The notes: generated from the sequence alone by a model not told the origin. 64,000 nt of DNA from a bacterium (GCA_019695335.1 JAIBAF010000013.1:3281-67280); one strand, 5' to 3'. Shown: positions 35,811-44,528, counted from the first letter of the stretch. Numbers and translations: made by a program.

Positions 35811-36052
35811 TCGTTAGTAAAATACGACCGAAGTTTATCCGCTAAGTGTTTTCCATAATGATATTCGGCAAATAACAATTTTTGCTCGACTTCATTTAGT
35901 TCAGGATGTTGACGCGCAATGGCTCTTTTAGACAATCGGATGACTAAACTTGATAAGGAACATGCCATTTCACATCGCCTGGAAATCGAAGCTTTCCTGA
36001 TGAGTTCAACTTGAATCTGTTCAGCCGCTGAATGTGTATCGGAAGGAAGCAT
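35807..36052 (-). CDS. Small helical protein (81 aa), putative partner of the nucleotidyltransferase
   Basis: The ORF abuts the upstream stop (TAAATG) and overlaps the downstream start (ATGA). I recognise no family. Confidence 0.5.
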   Translation of the reverse strand: MLPSDTHSAAEQIQVELIRKASISRRCEMACSLSSLVIRLSKRAIARQHPELNEVEQKLLFAEYHYGKHLADKLRSYFTNE

Positions 36053-36640
36053 TTAATTTTGTCTATCCTTAAATATATCCACGCCTTGATCATACATGCG
36101 ATCCAACAGAACTCCAATTCCTGCTTCAATTGATAATTTTTTTTCTGCAGTCGTAATAGGAATAAGATTTAGCAATTTTACAGTCAAATCATTATACATC
36201 AACTGGTCCCACCCGCCTTTTTTAAAGGCCGGATGAAAAATAACGGACTCGCAATTAGAAAATTGAGGAATTAAACCAACGTCAGGCAACAAATGCCAAT
36301 AATCAAAATAATTGTTTTTCAAAAAAGGCCATGTGGCAATATTCGCCAAAAAAGTCGCCACATCGGACTCTGATTGTTCACTCAAACTCCCGCGAATGGT
36401 CCAATGAATTTCGCATCGATGCGGACACCCGTTCATCGCTTTCTCAGCCATACCCATCGTTGAGAACGTCGTCATAGGAATTTCTATTGTCGGGCGCCAA
36501 ACAAAAATATCAAGATAATCCAAAACAGGTTTATTAATAGCTGAGTGTGAATCAAATCGAAAATGGATGTCAGGTTCTCCGTAATGAGCGACGTGTTCAT
36601 CAAAAACAAATCGCATCAGTTCGGATGGTTCTATAATCAT
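36053..36640 (-). CDS. SUFU-like (suppressor-of-fused domain) protein, immunity-protein-like
   Basis: 195 aa. Pattern ..MTTFSTMGMAE..CEIHWTI..W....L..IA...F....... LNLIPITTAEKKL...G...L matches my recollection of bacterial SUFU-domain proteins. Confidence 0.45.
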   Translation of the reverse strand: MIIEPSELMRFVFDEHVAHYGEPDIHFRFDSHSAINKPVLDYLDIFVWRPTIEIPMTTFSTMGMAEKAMNGCPHRCEIHWTIRGSLSEQSESDVATFLANIATWPFLKNNYFDYWHLLPDVGLIPQFSNCESVIFHPAFKKGGWDQLMYNDLTVKLLNLIPITTAEKKLSIEAGIGVLLDRMYDQGVDIFKDRQN

Positions 36641-36663
36641 AAGTTGTTAATCAAAATTCTTTC

Positions 36664-37452
36664 TTACAAACATCCGGTGCGTCCGCCGTCGACGGGGATA
36701 TTAATTCCGTTAATATAGGATGCAAATGGCGACGCCAGAAATACGGCGGCGTATGCCAGGTCTTCGGCTAAACCTAATCGCGCCGCGGGAATTTCTTCAA
36801 TCATTTCTTTCAAAATATCTTCTTCACTGCGTCCCGACTGTTTCGCTTTATTTGCAACAAGACTGGTTAAACGTTGTGTTTTTGTCGCGCCCGGTAAGAG
36901 ATTGTTGACTGTAATACCGAATGGAGCTACTTCAACAGATAAGGTTTTGGACCAATTGGCCACTGCGCCGCGGATCGTGTTGGAAACGCCCAAACCGCGA
37001 ATAGGTTGTTTAACCGAAGTCGAAATAATATTGATAATGCGTCCGTAACGTTCATTTTTCATTCCCGTCAGAACGGCTTGAACTAAAATTTGATTGCAAA
37101 TTAAATGTTGTTCAAAAGTCTTAAGAAAGGCTTCCGTTGATGCTTCAGTAAGCGCTCCGCCTGACGGGCCTCCTGTGTTATTTACTAAAATATGAATCGG
37201 TGACGCCTGCTTTAAAAAACCACTAATGGAAGTTTTGAGCTCAGTCGGCTTACTGAAGTCGGCGATAATATAAGCATGACGTTGTCCGCGGCTCGTATCG
37301 AGTTCATTGCAAACCGTTCGTAGCGAATCTTCGTTACGGGCAACGAGCGTGACATTGGCTCCTGATTTCGCCATTTGAACCGCAATCGCTTTACCGATTC
37401 CCTGCGTACTCCCACCCACTAACGCGTTTTTATTATCCAGTTTAATTTCCAT
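36664..37452 (-). CDS. Short-chain dehydrogenase/reductase family protein (atypical active-site region)
   Basis: GGSTQGIGKA cofactor motif, NNTGG, and C-terminal YINGINIPVDGG. By eye, the position of the YxxxK motif reads S-N-T-I-R. Confidence 0.75.
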   Translation of the reverse strand: MEIKLDNKNALVGGSTQGIGKAIAVQMAKSGANVTLVARNEDSLRTVCNELDTSRGQRHAYIIADFSKPTELKTSISGFLKQASPIHILVNNTGGPSGGALTEASTEAFLKTFEQHLICNQILVQAVLTGMKNERYGRIINIISTSVKQPIRGLGVSNTIRGAVANWSKTLSVEVAPFGITVNNLLPGATKTQRLTSLVANKAKQSGRSEEDILKEMIEEIPAARLGLAEDLAYAAVFLASPFASYINGINIPVDGGRTGCL

Positions 37453-37465
37453 TCACACCTGCCAA

Positions 37466-38572
37466 TCACTTCTGTCCGTAATAAAAGCCCAGATTTTTTT
37501 CAATGTCTGCCGGTAATTGCGGCAAAGCCGACCTTGGAATTAAAAATGTCGAAAGATTGAATAAGTCGGTAAATACTTTATGTTGTTCCGTCGTAATGCG
37601 CAAATAGTCATGCCCGGACGAACCGCCCGTTCCGATTTTAGTTCCGATCATACGATGAACCATTAACGTATGTCTGTAACGCCAGGTGGTAAATAATTCG
37701 TCGATGTCGATAAGCGCCGTCAAAAATTTGAACGGCAAATGCAAAATCGGCTGGTCACGGTAAAGGCAAATGAGCAATGCAGCCTGTGTCGCCCGATGAG
37801 ACAGTCGTCGAAATCCATCCTTTACTAACTGTTCGTGTTTGGTCGCATCGAACACGGCTTCGAAATTTTCGCGAGTTTTTTCAAGTTGTTTGATCTGTTC
37901 GGTTTTTTCATTTTCAGAAAGCCCGGGATGATTTTCGATGGTTTTACGATCATTGTCCAACATGGAATCTACAGCGGCCCTATACGAATTCCAAAAATTG
38001 AAATTTTTAAATTCCAAAAAAGGCGTCCGTTCAAGCCATTTTTCAACCAAATCAAACAACGACACTGCTTCCTCCGATTTCCGGATCAATGTCTGGTGTT
38101 CTTTCGATAAACGAGTATGATAAGCAAATTGATTGTACATTTTCCGCTGAGCCGGTTTTAAACCCAACAAATTTTCAATCAGACGGAACTGTACGCTCTG
38201 AAATCCCGACGCCGGCATCAGAATGTCGCGGAAATCGAGGAAATCCAGCGGCGTCATCGTTTCGAGAATACGTAATTGATCGATCAGTAATTTTTGAATT
38301 TCAGTAACACGCTGCAGGCGCGCCACGGCAATACCGATATTTTTTTCATCAACCGTTTTCTTTTCAAAACATTCCACTACGGAATTAAGCTCGTGCAAAA
38401 TTTGTTTAAACCACAACTCATATGCCTGATGGACAATGATAAATAACATTTCATCGTGCGCGTGCATATCGTATTCATCGCTTTTCGGCAATTGTGCGGA
38501 AAGCAACTGATCGAGTTTTAAATAATCGGAATAATAAACGGGCGGAAAAGGCTTCTGCATCTTATTTTCCAA
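37466..38572 (-). CDS. kynA: Tryptophan 2,3-dioxygenase
   Basis: Motifs YSDYLKLDQLLSAQ, HDEMLFIVHQAYELWFKQ and TGGSSGHDYL are typical of TDO. Confidence 0.85.
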   Translation of the reverse strand: MENKMQKPFPPVYYSDYLKLDQLLSAQLPKSDEYDMHAHDEMLFIIVHQAYELWFKQILHELNSVVECFEKKTVDEKNIGIAVARLQRVTEIQKLLIDQLRILETMTPLDFLDFRDILMPASGFQSVQFRLIENLLGLKPAQRKMYNQFAYHTRLSKEHQTLIRKSEEAVSLFDLVEKWLERTPFLEFKNFNFWNSYRAAVDSMLDNDRKTIENHPGLSENEKTEQIKQLEKTRENFEAVFDATKHEQLVKDGFRRLSHRATQAALLICLYRDQPILHLPFKFLTALIDIDELFTTWRYRHTLMVHRMIGTKIGTGGSSGHDYLRITTEQHKVFTDLFNLSTFLIPRSALPQLPADIEKNLGFYYGQK

Positions 38573-39029
38573 AATGTTCCTCGAATGATTTTACTTTATT
38601 AAGCCGACGAACGTGGCGCTCGGCATTGGAAAACTTCGCTCTCAAAAACGATTCAGTAATTTCCACGGCAATATTCGGCCCGATAATACGCGCACCTAAA
38701 GTCAATACATTCATATCGTCGTCCTCCACGCCTTGATGCGCAGAAAAAGTATCGTGGCATAATCCTGCCCGAATACCCTTGAATTTATTGGCCGCCACCG
38801 TCGCACCAACGCCGCTGCCGCAAATAATTATGCCGCGTTGCGCGCTGCCCTTTAAAACTTCTTGTGCTACCGCAGCGGCATAATCCGGATAATCCGCCGC
38901 CTCGGTGCTGTGCGTGCCAAGATCTACCACTTGGTGACCGGCTTTTTTCACCGTTTCAATGATCGTTTGCTTCAACGGGAATCCGCCGTGATCGCATCCG
39001 ACTGCAATGGTCATAATTGTAACCTTCAA
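38562..39029 (-). CDS. rpiB: Ribose-5-phosphate isomerase B
   Basis: MTIAVGCDHGGFPLK and ICGSGVGATVAANK are RpiB/LacAB family motifs. Confidence 0.85.
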   Translation of the reverse strand: MKVTIMTIAVGCDHGGFPLKQTIIETVKKAGHQVVDLGTHSTEAADYPDYAAAVAQEVLKGSAQRGIIICGSGVGATVAANKFKGIRAGLCHDTFSAHQGVEDDDMNVLTLGARIIGPNIAVEITESFLRAKFSNAERHVRRLNKVKSFEEHFGK

Positions 39030-39073
39030 AGATTAGAACAATGTGATGAAAATATTTCAGAAAGGGTATAAAC

Positions 39074-39108
39074 AAAAAAAGGCTCTGATAAGCATCGGAG
39101 CCTTTTTT
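39074..39108 (-). terminator. Rho-independent terminator (bidirectional shape) after the ferredoxin gene, separating it from the rpiB-kynA string
   Basis: 9-bp stem GGCTCTGAT/ATCGGAGCC (one G-U pair) with a 4-nt loop, flanked by A7 and T6. Confidence 0.75.
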
Positions 39109-39124
39109 ATACGTGATATGACAT

Positions 39125-39367
39125 TTATTGCTTGAACATGTCAGCGTTTTTCTGAGTAAAATGTTTCCATTTGTCCGGAACATTTTCAGCCGCAAAAATC
39201 GCTTCGACCGGGCATTCCGGTTCGCAGGCGCCGCAATCAATACACTCATCCGGGTGTATATATAATTGATCCCATCCCTCAGAATCATAAATGCAATCGA
39301 CCGGGCAGACTTTAACACAAGCCGTATCCTTGACGCCGATACAAGGTTCACAGATAACGTAGGCCAT
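39125..39367 (-). CDS. Small dicluster (7Fe-type) ferredoxin
   Basis: [27 protein letters not shown] ... [16 protein letters not shown]. Confidence 0.85.
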   Translation of the reverse strand: MAYVICEPCIGVKDTACVKVCPVDCIYDSEGWDQLYIHPDECIDCGACEPECPVEAIFAAENVPDKWKHFTQKNADMFKQ

Positions 39368-39495
39368 GACGTGCTCCTAATTTTTAGTAATGATGGACTA
39401 TGTGTTTTCCCAATTCCTAAGCCATTCAAATCGAAAAAAACTTACTGAATCTCACTCCAATAGTCAAGCAGAATTTGAGCCAAACTGTCCAACAT

Positions 39496-40950
39496 TTACT
39501 GTGCGCCGGAGTTCATTTGAGCACGGATCCGGCTATGATGACGACTGTAAAAAAAATAAATTGCAAAACCGATAAGCATCCAGATGATAAGCCGGAGCCA
39601 TGTATCGACCGGCAAAGCAATCATCTGAGCAAGAGAAATGAGTGCACCTAAAATCGGTACCAATGGAACCCAAGGCGTTCTGAATGGCCGCTCAAGATCC
39701 GGACGTGTCTTTCTCAATACTAAAATGCCAACGCAAACGATCGTAAAAGCCAACAAAGTCCCGATCGATACGAGTTCACCCAAAATGCCGATAGGAAAAA
39801 GTCCGGCTACAAACATAGCAACCGTGCCGGTCAAAATCGTTGCGACATAGGGCGTACGAAATGTGGGATGAACATTCGAAAAAGCCTTAGGCAAAAGTCC
39901 GTCTTGCGACATCGAAAAGAAAATTCTCGGTTGTCCCATAAGCATGACGAGTACGACCGAACTTAATCCGGCAATGGCGCCCAGTTTGATGAAGGGACGC
40001 AGCCAAAAAAGCCCATCGCCCGTCGCATCGACACCAACGGCAATCGGATCCGGCACTAACAGTTGTTTATAACTGACGATGCCCGTTAACACCAACGCGA
40101 CTAAAATGTATAGTACTGTCGAAACCCCTAATGAACCTAAGATTCCAATAGGCATATCTTTTTGGGGGTTTTTGGCCTCCTGCGCCGCAGTCGATACCGC
40201 GTCGAATCCAATGTATGCAAAAAAGATTACCCCGGCTCCTCGTAAAATTCCACTCCATCCAAATTGCCCAAATTCACCGGTATTAGGTGGAATGAAGGGA
40301 TCCCAATTGGCTGCGACGACAAATCCAAATCCGAAAATGATAAACAGTAAAATGACAATGATCTTTAAGGCCACCACAAGATTATTAAATCCGGCAGTTT
40401 CCCGGATGCCTATTACCAAGAGCGTTGTCATCAAAGCGACCACGAACATTGCGGGTAAATTCATGAACGCCCCGGTCGTTTGCCACCCTGTATTCGGATC
40501 ATGAATGAAAGGAGCGTTGGAAAGATAACCAGGAATCACAATCCCGAAATCTCTCATAAAGCTCACGACATATCCTGACCATCCTACAGCCACTGTCGAA
40601 GCGCTGAAAAGATATTCAAGAATCAAATCCCAGCCGATCACCCATGCCAGGAATTCGCCCATCGTCGCATAGGCATACGTATACGCGCTTCCTGCGACTG
40701 GAATCATCGACGCAAATTCCGCATAACAAAGACCTGCAAAAGCGCAGGCCAAACCCGAAACGATGAAGGACAAAACAATTGCCGGACCGGCATATTGTGC
40801 CGCCGCTTGCCCCGTTAAAACAAAAATCCCGGCGCCAATGATAGCGCCAATACCTAAAGCCGCCAGATTGGTCGGGCCCAGTGTACGTTTCAATCCGTGT
40901 TCGCTATCCGATGCCTGTTTCATCAGGTCCTGAATCGATTTAGTTACCAT
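39496..40950 (-). CDS. APC-superfamily amino acid permease (cationic amino acid transporter-like)
   Basis: About 12-14 TM helices. N-terminal LKRTLGPTNLAALGIGAIIGAGIFVLTG motif. The start at MVTKS (40950) is preferred over the ORF-track start. Confidence 0.8.
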   Translation of the reverse strand: MVTKSIQDLMKQASDSEHGLKRTLGPTNLAALGIGAIIGAGIFVLTGQAAAQYAGPAIVLSFIVSGLACAFAGLCYAEFASMIPVAGSAYTYAYATMGEFLAWVIGWDLILEYLFSASTVAVGWSGYVVSFMRDFGIVIPGYLSNAPFIHDPNTGWQTTGAFMNLPAMFVVALMTTLLVIGIRETAGFNNLVVALKIIVILLFIIFGFGFVVAANWDPFIPPNTGEFGQFGWSGILRGAGVIFFAYIGFDAVSTAAQEAKNPQKDMPIGILGSLGVSTVLYILVALVLTGIVSYKQLLVPDPIAVGVDATGDGLFWLRPFIKLGAIAGLSSVVLVMLMGQPRIFFSMSQDGLLPKAFSNVHPTFRTPYVATILTGTVAMFVAGLFPIGILGELVSIGTLLAFTIVCVGILVLRKTRPDLERPFRTPWVPLVPILGALISLAQMIALPVDTWLRLIIWMLIGFAIYFFYSRHHSRIRAQMNSGAQ

Positions 40951-41072
40951 AATTTTACCGTAAGTTTGAATGAAGGAATAAAAGTGGAACGGAACCAAAG
41001 CAATTTAGCCCCGCAGCACCAAACTGGATCGTGCCGGATAAATATTCGACTTTTGCATATAAGAATCAACGG

Positions 41073-41282
41073 TTAAGGCTTGGAATCAAGTTCTTCCAAT
41101 AAACGATCGTATTCTTGTTCCCGCAGAGAATGCATCTGCGCTAACCGATCTTCGTACGATTTCGCTGCTGAAACGGCCATTAAGGAATGCTCAGAAAACG
41201 ACTCCGAGTGACCCAATAGACATCCACAAATCTGGACGATCATTATCACCCCAATTATTACTTTAAACATACTCCTCCACAA
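41073..41282 (-). CDS. Small membrane-anchored/lipoprotein-like protein
   Basis: Hydrophobic N-terminus with ICGC, followed by a charged helical tail. No homology recognised. Confidence 0.35.
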   Translation of the reverse strand: MWRSMFKVIIGVIMIVQICGCLLGHSESFSEHSLMAVSAAKSYEDRLAQMHSLREQEYDRLLEELDSKP

Positions 41283-41348
41283 GGATTAGGGTTATAAAAA
41301 ACCGGCGGAAAGGTTCATTTCCGCCGGAATTCAGTGCCAAGGTAACGG

Positions 41349-41636
41349 TCAATAAGAAGGAAAATAGCGTTTAAAAAGTACATCGGTAAGACCGGTCGCT
41401 TCTTTGCTGTCAGGCTTAATCTTGCGTTTGTTGAATTCATTATCGATAACTTCCATCGCATCCTTCCACTCCGGCATCGGATCGATTTTGGCCAGAAATT
41501 GGTTGAATTCATTCGTATTACCGCCAAAAAGTTTTTTAATAGCCCGATCACGTTTTTCAGACCAATCCGGATCGGATTCAAAAAGCTCTTTGGTAGAAAT
41601 CAGATTTTTTTTGATTTCATTTTGCATAATGGACAT
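41349..41636 (-). CDS. Hypothetical soluble protein (95 aa)
   Basis: ORF with an AGGAGG-like sequence (AAGGAGGTAT) upstream of the ATG at 41636. No motif recognised. Confidence 0.45.
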   Translation of the reverse strand: MSIMQNEIKKNLISTKELFESDPDWSEKRDRAIKKLFGGNTNEFNQFLAKIDPMPEWKDAMEVIDNEFNKRKIKPDSKEATGLTDVLFKRYFPSY

Positions 41637-41655
41637 ACCAATACCTCCTTAAGGT

Positions 41656-41781
41656 TTATGATTTAGGGTTTTGTTTTTCAGTTTTGTATGATTTAATGAT
41701 CAATTGAACAAAAGTAGCGACTACGGCTACAATTAAACCAATGACCACAAATAAGGTCAGCCAATCTGTTGACTTCGCCAT
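41656..41781 (-). CDS. Unannotated 41-aa single-TM small protein
   Basis: My own translation gives MAKSTDWLTLFVVIGLIVAVVATFVQLIIKSYKTEKQNPKS. AGAGG lies 5-6 nt upstream of the ATG. It is below the ORF-track length cut-off. Confidence 0.35.
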   Translation of the reverse strand: MAKSTDWLTLFVVIGLIVAVVATFVQLIIKSYKTEKQNPKS

Positions 41782-41806
41782 AGAACCTCTTTTGGGTTTA
41801 AAAAAA

Positions 41807-42127
41807 TCATTTAAAATATTTTTTAACAAGCACGATCACAAAAAACATGATACATCCGATAACGCTTCCTATGATAACCGAATCCAGCAAACGATAATGT
41901 TCCGTTGCTTTAAATAGCACGTATGGAATTCCCATTACCGGAAGCAACAAAGCCAGCCAAACAGGCCAACGGGCTCCAGAATACCGAAGGTGATGCGTCA
42001 AAACCGGCCTGTCATAATCATGACTTTCAAACATATCCACATTGGAACGATGACTGATGGCAATACCGCACGAACTACACGCATCGGTATCCATCGAGAT
42101 CATGTTTCCACATCGATGACAAAACAT
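41807..42127 (-). CDS. Zinc-ribbon membrane protein
   Basis: N-terminal CHRCG...CSSCG zinc ribbon followed by two hydrophobic helices. Confidence 0.5.
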   Translation of the reverse strand: MFCHRCGNMISMDTDACSSCGIAISHRSNVDMFESHDYDRPVLTHHLRYSGARWPVWLALLLPVMGIPYVLFKATEHYRLLDSVIIGSVIGCIMFFVIVLVKKYFK

Positions 42128-42217
42128 ATTGCCTCCACAGATTAAAAATTAATGGAAAGCAACAATCACTCTGCACAATAAGTGCAAAATGTCAGCTAGA
42201 ATGATGTAAGAAAATGA

Positions 42218-42574
42218 TTAAGAAAGAAGAAAAGAGGGAGGCGCACGTAAGGATGGGGTATCGCCAAGAATAAAAGTGTGTATAATGAGGGATTTATAAA
42301 TGAACCTGAAAGTTTTATACGATAGTTGGCCGCAATGCCAATTCGGAGGAGCATTGAACTTAAATTTCTGGTTCGACCATTGGGTAGTCAGATCTTCTTT
42401 TTGGGAACTGATGAAAAAGTGATCGTAGGTATGATCAAAGCTGATATAGTTAATGTCCGCGAGAGGAGAGGTCGGTTTCAGCGATGCTTCGGAAGCAGCG
42501 TAGACCTGGTTCACGCCAACCCAAAGAAAAAAACCTAAAAACAGGCCGCTAAAATGTTTGAATCGGATTTTCAT
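42218..42574 (-). CDS. Small secreted hypothetical protein
   Basis: Signal peptide MKIRFKHFSGLFLGFFLWVGVNQVYA. No motif recognised. Confidence 0.4.
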   Translation of the reverse strand: MKIRFKHFSGLFLGFFLWVGVNQVYAASEASLKPTSPLADINYISFDHTYDHFFISSQKEDLTTQWSNQKFKFNAPPNWHCGQLSYKTFRFIYKSLIIHTFILGDTPSLRAPPSFLLS

Positions 42575-42719
42575 GTTAGGCTAACGTACATAAGGTGCCA
42601 GGCAAAATCAAGCATATTTATTATAAATTTTTCAAAAAAACCACAAATACACAATTGGGTGATTGTATCCTTTATAAAAAATCCCTAATTGCGGAGAACT
42701 GGGTTATACGGATTGAACA

Positions 42720-42938
42720 TCAGTGATGACAACCGCAAGAAGGACCGCATCCGCCGCCTGACATTACCGGTAATGCGTTTCCAGATTTAGTTTCAGCCGC
42801 AAAAACAGATAATAATTTTTCAGCCTTTTTGGCATGACAATGCGGACATTCAACATCGGTAATCGAAATGTGGGAAGTCGAAAATAATTCCTGAAAAACT
42901 GCCTCACATTGCTGGCAACGAAATTCATAAATGGGCAT
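42720..42938 (-). CDS. FmdB-family zinc-ribbon protein
   Basis: MPIYEFRCQQCEAVF...CPHCHAKKAEKLLS plus a Gly/Cys-rich tail GGGCGPSCGCHH. GAGAGG lies upstream of the ATG at 42938. Confidence 0.75.
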   Translation of the reverse strand: MPIYEFRCQQCEAVFQELFSTSHISITDVECPHCHAKKAEKLLSVFAAETKSGNALPVMSGGGCGPSCGCHH

Positions 42939-43106
42939 ACAACCTCTCGATAAAGCCTTACCAATCAATAGGAAAAAGCAATTGATTATTACGGCTTATT
43001 TTAATAGTTTCACCACCTGTCCAATCATCAGCGACATGGCGGTTATGTTCAATTGGAACACGAGAAATTATTATAAAAATATCACCTAATCAAGAGGTAT
43101 TCATCG

Positions 43107-44507
43107 ATGGAAACGAAACAGTTTGATGTTATTGTGTTGGGCGGCGGACCCGGAGGATATGTTGCAGCGATTCGGGCAGCGCAATTGGGTTTTAAGACGG
43201 CTGTCATCGAACGTGACAAAATCGGAGGTATCTGCGTCAACTGGGGATGTATTCCTACCAAAGCGCTTCTCAAAAACGCCGAAATCTATGAAACACTTCA
43301 TCACGCTAAAGATTGGGGATATTCGTTTGATAATCTGAAATTCGATTTCAAGCAAATCATCAAACGTAGCCGCGACGTTGCCGATGCGAATTCCAAAGGC
43401 GGCGATTATCTGATGAAAAAAAATAAAATCGAAGTGATCAAAGGTGCGGGAAAATTTTTGGATAAAAATACGCTCAGTATAAGCGATGCTTCCGGAAAAG
43501 AGACCACCCATGCTAAAGCGAAGCACATTATTATCGCGACCGGTGCTCGGGCGCGCATGTTGCCCAATTTAAAAGCCGATGGAAAACGTATTTTAACCAG
43601 CACCGAAGCCATGGTTGCTCAGGAAGTCCCGAAATCCATCGTTATTATCGGAGCAGGCGCGATCGGTATTGAATTCGCCTACTTCTTTAATGCTTTCGGC
43701 TCCAAAGTCACCATTATTGAAATGTTGCCCAATATTTTGCCTGTCGAAGATGAGGAAGTTTCACAAGCATTATCAAAGATTTTTGTCAAAAAAGGTATGC
43801 AGATTTTCACCGAAACCAAGGTTGAAAAAGTTGACGTCGCAGCCAATAACGTCAAGGTAACCGTTTCCGGTAAGGATGGACAGAAAACCATCGAAGCCGA
43901 TCAATGTCTGGTCGCCATTGGCGTTCAGGGTAACATCGAAAATATTGGCCTCGAAAAAGTCGGTGTGACCGCCGAAAAAGGCTGGATCAAAGTAGACAAA
44001 TTTTATAAGACCAATGTGGATGGCATCTATGCCATTGGAGATATTATCGGTCCGCCATGGCTGGCACACGTGGCTTCGCACGAAGGAATTTTGTGCGTCG
44101 AAAAAATTGCCGGCAAAGATGTTCATCCCATGGATTACAACAGCATTCCGGGCTGTACGTATTGCCAGCCGCAGGTTGCCAGTATCGGGCTCACAGAGAA
44201 AAAAGCCAAAGAAATGGGCCACCAAGTTAAAGTCGGTCGTTTTCCATTTACGGCCAGCGGTAAAGCACGCGCGATCCAGGAACGCGACGGATTTGTCAAA
44301 GTGATTTTCGATGCTAAATACGGCGAATTACTCGGGGCGCACATTCTCGGCTCGGAAGCAACCGAAATGATCGCGGAATTCGGCGTGGCCAAATCCATGG
44401 AAGCAACTTACAAAGAAATCGGCCATACGATTCATGCGCACCCGACATTGTCCGAAGCCATGATGGAAGCGGCTCTAGACGCTTACGGCGAAGCCGTACA
44501 CATTTAA
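43107..44507 (+). CDS. lpdA: Dihydrolipoyl dehydrogenase
   Basis: GGGPGGYVAAIRAAQLG, redox-active CVNWGCIPTK, and C-terminal HAHPTLSE. Confidence 0.9.
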   Translation: METKQFDVIVLGGGPGGYVAAIRAAQLGFKTAVIERDKIGGICVNWGCIPTKALLKNAEIYETLHHAKDWGYSFDNLKFDFKQIIKRSRDVADANSKGGDYLMKKNKIEVIKGAGKFLDKNTLSISDASGKETTHAKAKHIIIATGARARMLPNLKADGKRILTSTEAMVAQEVPKSIVIIGAGAIGIEFAYFFNAFGSKVTIIEMLPNILPVEDEEVSQALSKIFVKKGMQIFTETKVEKVDVAANNVKVTVSGKDGQKTIEADQCLVAIGVQGNIENIGLEKVGVTAEKGWIKVDKFYKTNVDGIYAIGDIIGPPWLAHVASHEGILCVEKIAGKDVHPMDYNSIPGCTYCQPQVASIGLTEKKAKEMGHQVKVGRFPFTASGKARAIQERDGFVKVIFDAKYGELLGAHILGSEATEMIAEFGVAKSMEATYKEIGHTIHAHPTLSEAMMEAALDAYGEAVHI

Positions 44508-44528
44508 AACTAATGAAACGGTTCGAAC

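Noticed and set aside
35807-36052. R-x5-H (RAIARQH) in the 81-aa protein as a HEPN RNase motif, which would make a HEPN-MNT pair with the adjacent nucleotidyltransferase
   Set aside because: At 81 aa the protein is much shorter than HEPN domains, and a single R-x5-H occurs easily by chance. I kept it only as a question for profile searches.
35232-36640. Calling the low-GC three-gene insert a mobile element
   Set aside because: I could see no integrase, no transposase and no flanking direct or inverted repeats. The block is reported as a finding, not as a mobile_element feature.
38956-39429. 157-aa minus-strand ORF spanning the rpiB start, a terminator and the ferredoxin gene
   Set aside because: It overlaps two well-supported genes and an intrinsic terminator. 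Its low-complexity sequence has no motifs. It is a frame-shifted shadow ORF.
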